From positions 17,602 to 81,601 of the forward strand of contig WQXJ01000003.1 of the NCBI GenBank assembly GCA_009784895.1: DNA of 64,000 bases. Reading direction: 5' to 3'. Positions 55,062 through 63,686 of this stretch are shown here, one piece after another; position 1 is the first letter of the stretch, and each line of letters begins with the position of its first letter. Made by a program: the position numbers and the translations under genes. The notes beneath the pieces are model-generated. The model was given only the letters and a program-made list of their open reading frames with translations. It searched no databases and was not told where the DNA came from. Source of the stretch: Micrococcales bacterium. GTDB taxonomy: Bacteria > Actinomycetota > Actinomycetes > Actinomycetales > WQXJ01.

Positions 55062-55090
55062 GTCAGGAGTTCGAATCTCCTTTGCTCCAA
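55062..55090 (+). other. tRNA 3'-half remnant (T-arm plus acceptor 3' strand), 24/29 identical to the 3' end of tRNA-Ala at 41412-41440
   Basis: GGTCAGGAGTTCGAATCTCCTTTGCTCCA versus GGTTGGGAGTTCGAGTCTCCTCAGCTCCA. I found no matching 5' acceptor strand or D/anticodon arms upstream. Confidence 0.5.
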
Positions 55091-55110
55091 CCGGAACGCC
55101 GGAGGCGACT

Positions 55111-56304
55111 TCAGCCTTGGCCTAGGGCCGCAGCTGTCGCATCCCAATTCAGGCGCTGCTTGATATCTGCCATCTCACCTGAGGTAGCCGGCTTGACCAG
55201 CCTGTCACTGTTGTTCGAACCAGAGACGTCAAAGGTGTAGGTCAGCTGCAACCGCGTCAACCCTTCTTGGCTGGCAGCCAGCGAACAGGCCTCAAAGTCA
55301 TGCTGGCATTGTTCGGCAATGGCTGACCAAGCCTCCAGGCCGGCCCCGTCATCAATCCGAGCCGTCACGTCAATTAGGGCAGACCGAGTTTTTTCCGGAC
55401 CGGCCTGCTGGTCAAAAATGAAATTGCCCATTGAGTAGACAATCAGCTTGCCCTGATAGGCCTCGGTTGACTGGATCCAATGGGCGTGGTTGCCAATGAC
55501 CATGTCGGCGCCGGCGTCGATCATGCCCCGGTACAGATTGGTTTTGATCTCGTCCGGTCCGGCCTGGTATTCGGCGCCGGAGTGAGGCCAAGCGATCGTT
55601 GGCAGCAGCTCAGAAAAGGCCGTGATCTCCGCCACTTCGTCAGCTGTTGGGGTTTTGAAAACACCGTCATAACCACAAAAGCCAAAGGGCAATGGGTATT
55701 CCCCGGTCGAACCATCGTCCAAGGTCCCGGTCACGGGCAAAACCACCACATCGCAGTTAGGGCCATTGGACGGATCAGGTGCCCCAAAGTATTGAATCGA
55801 GGCCGCGGCCAGGTTTTCTTGGGTAGTGGCAAAACCCTCCATGCCCTGGTTGTCGGTGTGGTTGTTGCCCAAATCGACCGCCGTGAACCACTTCGCCACG
55901 CTCGGCAGATAGGCCGGATCGCAGTTGAACTCCAAGGTCTGGTCCATCACGGCCGAGCTAATATCCAGGCCGCCCACCGCCGGGCACTCGAAGTTGGCCA
56001 CCCAGGCGTTGTAGTTCTCCGGAACCCATTCGCCCAGGCGCTGGAACGGGTAGTCGTACTGCAAGTCACTGGCCATGGACCAGTCGTTGATGTAGCGGCC
56101 AAAGAAAATGTCCCCAAAGAACAGGTAGTGACCTATGGCTTCGACCACGGCCGGTAGCTCCGGCGTCGGTTCTGGCGTTGGGCTAGGCGAGGCAGCCTCG
56201 GCCACCGGGGCTGCTGGCAACCTGTGAGCGGCCGGTGGATCACCGCAACCGGCAATCAACAAAGGTGCGGCTACGGCGATGACGAGCAGAAATCGGCGTC
56301 TCAT
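55111..56304 (-). CDS. CapA-family (PGA_cap metallophosphatase-like) lipoprotein
   Basis: Start set at the ATG at 56304 (MRRRFLLVIAVAAPLLIAGCG). VANFECP, DLGNNHTDNQG, HSGAEY, GADMVIGNHAHWIQ, YSMGNFIFDQ. Confidence 0.85.
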   Translation of the reverse strand: MRRRFLLVIAVAAPLLIAGCGDPPAAHRLPAAPVAEAASPSPTPEPTPELPAVVEAIGHYLFFGDIFFGRYINDWSMASDLQYDYPFQRLGEWVPENYNAWVANFECPAVGGLDISSAVMDQTLEFNCDPAYLPSVAKWFTAVDLGNNHTDNQGMEGFATTQENLAAASIQYFGAPDPSNGPNCDVVVLPVTGTLDDGSTGEYPLPFGFCGYDGVFKTPTADEVAEITAFSELLPTIAWPHSGAEYQAGPDEIKTNLYRGMIDAGADMVIGNHAHWIQSTEAYQGKLIVYSMGNFIFDQQAGPEKTRSALIDVTARIDDGAGLEAWSAIAEQCQHDFEACSLAASQEGLTRLQLTYTFDVSGSNNSDRLVKPATSGEMADIKQRLNWDATAAALGQG

Positions 56305-56607
56305 TTGGGACCTGCTATTCGTCCTGTCAACGTTCAAGGTTTTGAGGCAGTCTAGCGGACCCGAACCTGGCTGAACCCGAGCCCAAGCTCCCAGCTTAGC
56401 GGCCCGCGGCTGCGGCATCGGGCAAAGGCTTCCAGCGCTTCCAAGTGACAGATTGGGACCGGCTCGATAGGTTGGCTGGCATGAGCTTTGACCTGCCCGC
56501 AGCTGTGGTTGGGGCCCCTATGGCCGATGCCGGAAGGCTCGCCTTGCGCTGGGCCACTCGACTGCGCGGCTTGGCCAGAGCCAGGTCACAACCGCACCGG
56601 AGGAGCT

Positions 56608-57435
56608 ATGATCGAACTACCTGAAGCTCAAACCCTGGCCGGCCAGCTTCGCGCCACGCTCACCGGACGCCGGGTTGAAGAAGTGGTAGCCGGTGCCTCG
56701 CCGCATAAGTTCGCCTTCTTCAACGGCGATCCTGCCGCATACGGCCCGGCCCTGATGGGACGAACCTTCACCGACGCACAGAGCTACGGCGGGATGGTCG
56801 AGCTAATGGCCGGGGAGATGTCCTTGGTCTTCCACGACGGCATCAATCTGCGCTGGCTCGCACCCAGCGAAGTGCTGCCCGCCAAACACCAGCTGCTGGT
56901 GGGCCTAGATGACGGCAGCACCCTGCTGGCTTCGGTTCAGATGTATGGCGGGCTGTGGCTGGCCCAGACCGGCCAGCTCGATTCGCCCTACTACCAACTG
57001 GCCCGCTCACGCCCCTGCCCGCTGACCGAGGCCTTCGACCGGACCTGGTTTGATGGCATTGTCGCCGAGGCCAAACCGACGCTGTCCGCCAAAGCCCTGC
57101 TGGCCACCGAACAGCGCATTCCAGGCCTGGGCAACGGCGTGCTCCAGGACATCTTGTTCCGCGCCCGGGTCCATCCCCGCACCAAGATCAACACCCTCAG
57201 CGCCGCCGAGCGCGGCCGGTTGTTCAACTCAGTCAAAACCACCTTGGCCGCCATGGCTGAGGCCGGCGGTCGCAACACCGAAAAGGACTTGTTTTCCAGC
57301 CCTGGCGGCTACCAGACGTTGCTTTCGGCCAAGACCTACCACGCCCCTTGCCCTAGCTGTGGCGGCGGTATTGTGCGCGCGGCCTACCTTGGCGGAAACG
57401 TCTACTTCTGCCCCACCTGCCAACCCCAGCCCTGA
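56608..57435 (+). CDS. Fpg/Nei-family DNA glycosylase-like protein (H2TH + zinc finger) with Ile instead of Pro at position 2
   Basis: ATG at 56608 preceded by GGAGGAG. MIELPEAQTLAGQL, H2TH segment LLATEQRIPGLGNGVLQDILFRARVHP, zinc finger CPSCGGGIVRAAYLGGNVYFCPTCQ. Confidence 0.78.
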   Translation: MIELPEAQTLAGQLRATLTGRRVEEVVAGASPHKFAFFNGDPAAYGPALMGRTFTDAQSYGGMVELMAGEMSLVFHDGINLRWLAPSEVLPAKHQLLVGLDDGSTLLASVQMYGGLWLAQTGQLDSPYYQLARSRPCPLTEAFDRTWFDGIVAEAKPTLSAKALLATEQRIPGLGNGVLQDILFRARVHPRTKINTLSAAERGRLFNSVKTTLAAMAEAGGRNTEKDLFSSPGGYQTLLSAKTYHAPCPSCGGGIVRAAYLGGNVYFCPTCQPQP

Positions 57436-57501
57436 ATTCACGAGTCCGAGGTATCGCATGAGTCCAGGTCAGACCCTCTTCCCGCGAATTTGAGGTATGG
57501 C

Positions 57502-58785
57502 ATGACATTTCGCGGACCCCGACCCAGGCCAGGGCACTGGCTGATTGGAGCGACCTACCTGGGCACCGCGGCCTGTTGGACGTTTTCGACGCCAGTGTGG
57601 GACGTGAATTCCGGGGTTCTGGTCTCCCAACTGCTGGGGGCGCTGGCGCTGACCGGATTCGCCTGGGTGTTTTTCATCGCCACGCGCGCCCGGCCGCTCG
57701 ACGCGCTGTTTGACGGCCTGGACAAGGCCTATCTAACCCACAAGTGGCTTGGAATTGGCTCCGTCGCGCTGGTGGTGGCGCACCTTATCACCATGCATGC
57801 CGCCGATGACCGCCCGGCGGACGGATATGGCCGGCAGCACCCCGAGGGACTTGGCGCACTCGGCCTGCCCAGCCTGGCTTTGTTCGTGGTTCTGGTCCTG
57901 GTGACCCTACTGGCCGGCCGGACAAGCTACGAGAATTGGAAGGCCACACACCTAATCTTGGTCTTGTCCTATGCGCTGGGATTGGCACACTACTCCAACA
58001 CTTCTGCCTACGGGAACTTCAGCCTGTCGCCGTTTAGTCTTTGGCTGAACCTAGTCAACCTCTGCGGTGTCCTAGCGGCCACATACGTGCTTGTCTTCAA
58101 CCGCAAGTTCGCCTTCAGGTACAAATACGAAGTGGCGGCCGTGCGGTCGGTAGCCGTTGGCACTGTGGAACTAACCGGCACGCCAAAGGGCCGTGCCATG
58201 AGCCACCGGCCGGGTCAGTTCGCCTTCATGAAGTTGTCCGGCAGGCGGATTCGATTCCCGTCCCACCCATTTACGATCAGTTCCTCGCCCAAGGCCCAGC
58301 AGATCCAGTTCACCATCAAGTCGCTGGGTGACCACACCGCCCACTTGGGCGACGCCATCGAGGTCGGTGACGAATTCGCCTTGTCAGGGCCGCACGGACG
58401 GTTCGACTACACCAAGGCAAGCCGGCGCCAGCTCTGGATCGCCGGTGGGATTGGAATCACTCCGTTCAGGAGCTTCCTCGCATCAGCTGTCCCGGCAGAG
58501 TTCTCGGTCGACCTGTTCTATGCCTACCACGGCCATGCCCAGGCCGCTTATCTTGATGAGCTGACGGCCATGGCGACGGGCAACCTCCGCCTGCATCTGG
58601 TCGACGACACCGTCGACGGCTTTCTCACCGCCGCCCAGATCGAGCAGCAGATTGACGGTGGGACGCCGGTCGATGTCTTTTTCTGTGGCCCCGAGCCGTT
58701 GCGCCGGGCCATCAAAAGCGGACTGAGGCGCAGCCAAATCGAAGTGCTGAGCTTCCACGCCGAAGCATTCCGCTTTGGCCGCTGA
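57502..58785 (+). CDS. Ferric-reductase-like membrane protein with FAD/NAD(P)-binding domains
   Basis: About 427 aa. Six TM helices with conserved His residues (THKWLG, HLILVLSYALGLAHY), RPGQFAFMKL, HPFTISS (FAD), WIAGGIGITPF (NAD). Confidence 0.8.
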   Translation: MTFRGPRPRPGHWLIGATYLGTAACWTFSTPVWDVNSGVLVSQLLGALALTGFAWVFFIATRARPLDALFDGLDKAYLTHKWLGIGSVALVVAHLITMHAADDRPADGYGRQHPEGLGALGLPSLALFVVLVLVTLLAGRTSYENWKATHLILVLSYALGLAHYSNTSAYGNFSLSPFSLWLNLVNLCGVLAATYVLVFNRKFAFRYKYEVAAVRSVAVGTVELTGTPKGRAMSHRPGQFAFMKLSGRRIRFPSHPFTISSSPKAQQIQFTIKSLGDHTAHLGDAIEVGDEFALSGPHGRFDYTKASRRQLWIAGGIGITPFRSFLASAVPAEFSVDLFYAYHGHAQAAYLDELTAMATGNLRLHLVDDTVDGFLTAAQIEQQIDGGTPVDVFFCGPEPLRRAIKSGLRRSQIEVLSFHAEAFRFGR

Positions 58786-58795
58786 GCCAACACCT

Positions 58796-58902
58796 GTGCC
58801 AAACCTCGGTCTCGCCGCAGAAGGGTGAGTTTGCGAAACCTCGGTCTCGCTACAAAACGCGGGTCCACCTGCACCAACACCGCGAGACTGAGCTTTGGCA
58901 TA
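58796..58902. repeat. Cluster of three repeat copies after the reductase gene (58796-58816, 58830-58851, and inverted 58881-58902; the 34-nt form is 58868-58901)
   Basis: GTGCCAAACCTCGGTCTCGCC, TTTGCGAAACCTCGGTCTCGCT, CGCGAGACTGAGCTTTGGCATA. Confidence 0.9.
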
Positions 58903-58936
58903 CGCCAGGCTCAGCCCCGCCGCGCTGGGTTGGGTT

Positions 58937-59434
58937 CTACTTCTGCTTCTTTTGCTGCTTTTGCTGACGGGCTTGGTCGGCCCCCTCGTGGCCGCGCTGG
59001 ATGGCCTTGGCCATGACGCCTTCGATGCCACCGGCGCCGGCCTTGGCGCCACCACCCCCGGGAAGGCCCTGGAGTTGATGGGAATTGGCCCCCGGCAGGA
59101 TCGACTGAGTGGTGTTAGTGCGTCGCTCGACCAATTGGTCTTTCTGATCGAGGTGGTCGATCTTGATGTCGGTGTCAATCTCGTAGCGATGCCGCGCCGC
59201 CGGGTTGCGATAAAAGGCGTGAATCGCGCCGTAGACAACAGGACCCAAGACGAACAACGCCAGCGGCCCCCAATTGTCCTCTGAGCTGGAAGAAGACTCC
59301 GCCAAGACGGTGGTAAAGGTGGCTGCTTGAGCCGGCAGGGCCACCATCAAGCTGACCAGTCCGGCCAGCAATCCGGCTGCCATGCCGCGCCCTACTACTC
59401 GCAGGGCTTTTCTGAGGGACAATCGCCTAATCAT
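58937..59434 (-). CDS. Small membrane/secreted protein, last gene of the SPFH operon
   Basis: 165 aa with a signal/TM segment (GLLAGLVSLMVALPAQA) and a second TM. Its start lies 1 nt after the upstream stop. Lys/Gln-rich tail. Confidence 0.45.
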   Translation of the reverse strand: MIRRLSLRKALRVVGRGMAAGLLAGLVSLMVALPAQAATFTTVLAESSSSSEDNWGPLALFVLGPVVYGAIHAFYRNPAARHRYEIDTDIKIDHLDQKDQLVERRTNTTQSILPGANSHQLQGLPGGGGAKAGAGGIEGVMAKAIQRGHEGADQARQQKQQKKQK

Positions 59435-59435
59435 C

Positions 59436-60830
59436 TCAACCTCCCAGAATCAGCCAGATAACGCCGGCCACCATGCCAACCACTTGAGCCACGCCGGCCA
59501 CCACCAGCATGCGAGCCTTGCTCGTGGGCACTGAGCCGATTGTCTTGCCGTTGGTGCCATTGACCGCGATGTAGTGCAGCATTGGCCCCTTCGACCGGAC
59601 TTCCAAGTATGAATAGACCCAAACCGGGCACAGCAGCGTCACCCACCGCTCGCCTTGAACCTGGACGTCGTCATGCTGGTACATAACGCCATGGTCGTAG
59701 TAGGGCATGGTCTTGTTGGCTTGAACATGCGAGATGTCGACCAACTGCCCCCCAACCAGGCCACGTACTTCGCTGACATTGGAAGTACGGCGCTCGGCCC
59801 GGAACTCACCTTGGAGGTAGTGGGGGTCATAGGGCACGGTGGCGTGGGTGTCCCACGGCGCCACCGAGTTGATGATGTTGTGGGTGTTGAGCCGGGCATC
59901 TTGATTGGCAAACTCGGCGTTCGAAGGCACCAGCAGGTCGTTGACCAACAGGTCGAAGCGCCGCTCAAAGGAGTAGATGTCGTAGTCGTAGTAGGTGGTC
60001 GAGGAATCGCCTTGTTTCTTGGTGTGCTTGCGAACCAGGTGCGCGCCAAGTCCCCGGTGGTCGGCCTTGGCGTTGAGGTCGACCATGAAATAGGGGAAAT
60101 AGACCGGTTGGATGTTCTCCAAGGTGTATTGGGCCAAGAACTTGCGGTTGGCGAAGGCGCGTCGTTTCTTCAAGAACTCCTGCATCGATGCCTTGGCTTG
60201 TTCCCTGGTGACTGTGAAAGGCACAATGCCATCTGGCCGGGCACCGTTTGGGATGCGGTTAGCCGGACTCAGCTGGTTGCGGCACCAGTGGCATTTGACC
60301 CCGGCCAGATTCGCGGCCTGGACCACCATTTCCGCCCCGCAGCTGGGGCAGCGCAGCGTCATGACCTGGTCTTCCGATTCGGCCACGTCTTGGCTGGCGC
60401 CGACCGAGAACTCACTACCCCGCAGATTGGCAACGTCGTCGTTGACCAAGCTGGCCACCCCGGAAGCATCAAGCACAAAGGTCGAACGGCAGTCCTGGCA
60501 GCGCATTTGGCCCAGTTCGACCACCCAGGCCGTGTCAGCCCCGCCGCATTTGGGGCAGGACACACGTTCTGCGAAGTCCTGACCCGGCGGGGCCGGCGGG
60601 GCTGCGACTGGTGGCGGTTCCTGGGCTGGTTGCGCCGGTGGCGCTTCGGCCGATGCCGGTTCCTGGGCTGGTTGCAAAGGCGACGGTCCGCCCGCTGGTG
60701 GCGCCGGCGGCGCCTCGGCCGATGCCGGCGGTTCAGCTGGGGGACCAGCCACGGGTGGCGCTGGCGGCTGGCCGGGTGGAACCGATGCTTGCCCCGACTG
60801 GTTTGGGACTGGCGGCGGAGTCTGCGTCAC
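59436..60830 (-). CDS. Double zinc-ribbon protein with Pro-rich N-terminus and C-terminal TM helix (YdjG-like)
   Basis: 464 aa. CPKCGG...CQDCRS and CPSCGA...CHWCRN ribbons. C-terminal TM MLVVAGVAQVVGMVAGVIWLILGG. Confidence 0.65.
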   Translation of the reverse strand: MTQTPPPVPNQSGQASVPPGQPPAPPVAGPPAEPPASAEAPPAPPAGGPSPLQPAQEPASAEAPPAQPAQEPPPVAAPPAPPGQDFAERVSCPKCGGADTAWVVELGQMRCQDCRSTFVLDASGVASLVNDDVANLRGSEFSVGASQDVAESEDQVMTLRCPSCGAEMVVQAANLAGVKCHWCRNQLSPANRIPNGARPDGIVPFTVTREQAKASMQEFLKKRRAFANRKFLAQYTLENIQPVYFPYFMVDLNAKADHRGLGAHLVRKHTKKQGDSSTTYYDYDIYSFERRFDLLVNDLLVPSNAEFANQDARLNTHNIINSVAPWDTHATVPYDPHYLQGEFRAERRTSNVSEVRGLVGGQLVDISHVQANKTMPYYDHGVMYQHDDVQVQGERWVTLLCPVWVYSYLEVRSKGPMLHYIAVNGTNGKTIGSVPTSKARMLVVAGVAQVVGMVAGVIWLILGG

Positions 60831-60860
60831 GTCAATCGCTCCCCACTGGTGTCATCACAC

Positions 60861-62123
60861 TCACATGCGGCCCAGGATCTCTTGCTGTTTGGCCGCAAAC
60901 TGCTCTTGGGTGATGAGCCCTTGATCCGCCATGGCCTTGAGCTGCCCTAGCAGGGCCACTGGATCCTGGGCGCCGGCTGCGGCAGCAGGCTCTGGCGAGA
61001 CGGGCGGCGGAGGTGCCTGGCCGGCATCGGGCGCTGCGGGCTGAGCGGCAGGCGCGGCTGGTGGGGCTGCCGGTGCCGGCGCGGGCGCGGGCGGGGCAGC
61101 GGGCGGCGGGGCCACCGGCTGCTGCATGCCAGCCAGCGTGCCACCCATGTAACCAACCCCCATGCCAACGCCCATCATGCCGGCGCCGCCGCCGCTTTCA
61201 CCAGCGGCCAGGGCCGCATCGGCCAGCGTGGTCTGGGTGTAGGCATTGCCAATGCCGCCTTGCAGCATCATGCCCTGGTTGTACTTGTCCATCAGCTGGC
61301 GCGAGGCTTCGTCGTATTCGATGGCGCTGACGGCGCAGCTGACAACCTCAATGCCGAAGCGTTCCAGCCAAGAGCCCTCCGGGCCGGCCTCTTCGGTCAG
61401 AGCCTTGGCTAGTTCTGGGCCGTGGGTCGCCAGCGAGGCAATGTCGGTGGTCTTCGACATAGCCTGCAAGGCCGCCTCGAAGGCCGTGATGAACTCCTGG
61501 AACAGCTGGTCAGAGGCCTCTTCGTTGGCCAGCGTGTAAAGCTGGGTGTTGGCGGGGAGGAAGTTGCGGAAGAACAGTACTGGGTCGACAATCCGAATTG
61601 AGTACAGCCCGCGGGCCATCAGCCTGAGCACCGGGGCCTGGACCGAACCTGGTGGCACCAGGGAGAAGTCCTTGTAAGGCAGCGGCACGGGGGTGCCGAA
61701 GCGTTGGTTACGGATCTCGCGCAGGTTGATGTAGTAGGCCAGCTGCTGACCGCTGGGCTGGCCGCCGTACTTGAAACGCTCGAAGGATTGGCTGATCAGT
61801 GACTTGCGGAAACCGTCGCCGGCAAACAACGAGGGCTGGCCGTCGTTGGCGAAGGAGTAGTAACCCGGCTCGACGGAGACATCCTTGATACGGCCGCCGT
61901 CCGTCACTACCAAAGCGGTGTTTTCCGGGATCAACAGGCGCGAACCATCAGAAATGATGTTGGCCGAACCGCGTGTGTTCGATCCGCGGCCCTGGTTCTG
62001 GGCCTGGAACAGGCCTGGGGCCACCAGTAGTTGCTCGTCAAAAGCCGGTGCCGTGATGAACTCGAGCCACTGGTCGGCTAGCGAGCCTCCAACTGCCCCA
62101 ACTGCTGCTTTGATCAGACCCAT
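60861..62123 (-). CDS. SPFH (Band_7_1, YdjI-like) protein with a C-terminal SHOCT domain
   Basis: 420 aa. MGLIKAAVGAVGGSLADQWLEFI is a typical Band_7_1 N-terminus. A Pro/Ala linker follows, then DPVALLGQLKAMADQGLITQEQFAAKQQEILGRM (SHOCT). Confidence 0.78.
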   Translation of the reverse strand: MGLIKAAVGAVGGSLADQWLEFITAPAFDEQLLVAPGLFQAQNQGRGSNTRGSANIISDGSRLLIPENTALVVTDGGRIKDVSVEPGYYSFANDGQPSLFAGDGFRKSLISQSFERFKYGGQPSGQQLAYYINLREIRNQRFGTPVPLPYKDFSLVPPGSVQAPVLRLMARGLYSIRIVDPVLFFRNFLPANTQLYTLANEEASDQLFQEFITAFEAALQAMSKTTDIASLATHGPELAKALTEEAGPEGSWLERFGIEVVSCAVSAIEYDEASRQLMDKYNQGMMLQGGIGNAYTQTTLADAALAAGESGGGAGMMGVGMGVGYMGGTLAGMQQPVAPPPAAPPAPAPAPAAPPAAPAAQPAAPDAGQAPPPPVSPEPAAAAGAQDPVALLGQLKAMADQGLITQEQFAAKQQEILGRM

Positions 62124-62352
62124 TTGTCTCCCCTACCCGTTGTTGCGGTACGCCGGGTTAGCTCCCAAGCGAAAGGAGCCTCCTGGCGGGGCCCGGGCCA
62201 AATTGGCCGGTCCGCCGCTTACTTTATCCCAGCAAGCTGGAAGGGACTAGCCGATGGGCTGGTGAAAAACGAGATCCAGCGACCCGAAATGACGTGGTCA
62301 GCGCGGCACAAACTTGGTTGGCTCCGGGGTGCCAGGACCGAGGCCTTACCAA

Positions 62353-62817
62353 CTATTCGTCGCTGGCTTCATCCTCCGTCACCCACTGGCGTGGATCGAT
62401 CTGCGGGCGGGACCACTGGTAGTCGGATTCGAACAGCGGCGAGGAAATCATCAGGTCAGCCGTCGAGGCGTTACAGGCCGCAGGGGCGTTCCACAAAGCG
62501 GCCAGGCGCAACAACGCTTTGACATCCGGATCATGCGGCTGGGGCTCTAGCGGATCCCAGAAGAAGATCAGCACGTCGAGCCGGTTTTCCGCGATCATGG
62601 CGCCGATTTGTTGGTCGCCGCCCACCGGACCGGACAGCAGCCGGTTGACCGGCAGGCCCAGTTCGAATTCGATCATGGTGCCAGTGGTGCCGGTGGCCCA
62701 CAGGTCGTGGCCGGACAGGGTGTCGCGGTTGAACTCTGCCCACCTCAGTAGGTCAGTCTTTTTGTTGTCGTGGGCCACCAGGGCGATTCGCCGGCGGCCG
62801 GCAGTCGCGTTTGACAT
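62353..62817 (-). CDS. mgsA: Methylglyoxal synthase
   Basis: 154 aa. [58 protein letters not shown]. Confidence 0.92.
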   Translation of the reverse strand: MSNATAGRRRIALVAHDNKKTDLLRWAEFNRDTLSGHDLWATGTTGTMIEFELGLPVNRLLSGPVGGDQQIGAMIAENRLDVLIFFWDPLEPQPHDPDVKALLRLAALWNAPAACNASTADLMISSPLFESDYQWSRPQIDPRQWVTEDEASDE

Positions 62818-63056
62818 AGTTCAATCAAAGCGCAAAACCGGCTCGCTATTCCCCAAGCTCGACGAGTGGCGCCGCCATCGGCCGCATTAAGCCAGGTAAG
62901 CGCCATTCTTGCGCCAAAAAAACTGACCGCATTTCTGCTGAGACCGGCGGCAGATCTAGGGCGAACTGAGCTCCCTGCGCAGGGTCAGATGGTCCCGCCT
63001 ACAAAGACCAACGCATCAGGTCCTAGTCCCGGGCGGAAGACCAAAACCCGGGGAGC

Positions 63057-63581
63057 TCATCCGGGTAAAGTGTCCCGCCCAATCTTCAGGTCGATAATCG
63101 CGCTGTTGCCAGCCCAGTCCCACCAGGCCCGGCGGGTGGCCTGGTTGGCGATAATCTGGAAGGCACCCACCACGACAGCAATGAAAAACAATGACCCAAT
63201 GCCGTAAATGACGCACCGCGCCAGGGTGCGACCGAAACCCGGAGCTCCACCGGTGTCCACCCTGACCATTCTCACGCGAACCGCCTTTTTGCCAATCGTT
63301 TGGCCCTTGAGGGCGTTCAGTACCCACTGGACCACTACCACCACCGCGCCAAAAACGAGCGGCACGCCGAATCCGCTCTCAGACGAACTACTGCTGCCCG
63401 AGGAACCCCCAAACGCGACCATAAGACCGACGAACACAATGATTGCCGCGATCGACGTATCGATGAAAAGTGCAACGAACCTCTTTCCCGGGTTCGCGGG
63501 TGTCGCCCCTTTCAGGGCCGGATACCAATCGCCAAGGTCGGCGTGACCTGGTGGAAGTTGTGAGGGGCACATTGCGACCAC
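63057..63581 (-). CDS. RDD-family membrane protein
   Basis: 174 aa. GKRFVALFIDTSIAAIIVFVG plus two further TM helices and a WD...IDL tail, typical of RDD domains. Confidence 0.68.
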   Translation of the reverse strand: MVAMCPSQLPPGHADLGDWYPALKGATPANPGKRFVALFIDTSIAAIIVFVGLMVAFGGSSGSSSSSESGFGVPLVFGAVVVVVQWVLNALKGQTIGKKAVRVRMVRVDTGGAPGFGRTLARCVIYGIGSLFFIAVVVGAFQIIANQATRRAWWDWAGNSAIIDLKIGRDTLPG

Positions 63582-63686
63582 TCTTTCTGTGAAGCCCCGC
63601 CTGGCGGGGCTAGTGAATTGGAGCCAGATAGATTATGCCAGATTTATCATGCTTTCACCCGAGGCGGCCGTCTCCACAGTTGATGT

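Noticed and set aside
54938-55090. A complete tRNA or tmRNA gene ending at the T-arm/acceptor fragment at 55062-55090.
   Set aside because: There is no 5' acceptor strand complementary to TTGCTCC at the right distance, and no D-arm or anticodon arm. The nearest GGAG... candidate (54938) pairs at only 4 of 7 positions and is 150 nt away. I therefore treat it as a 3' remnant only.
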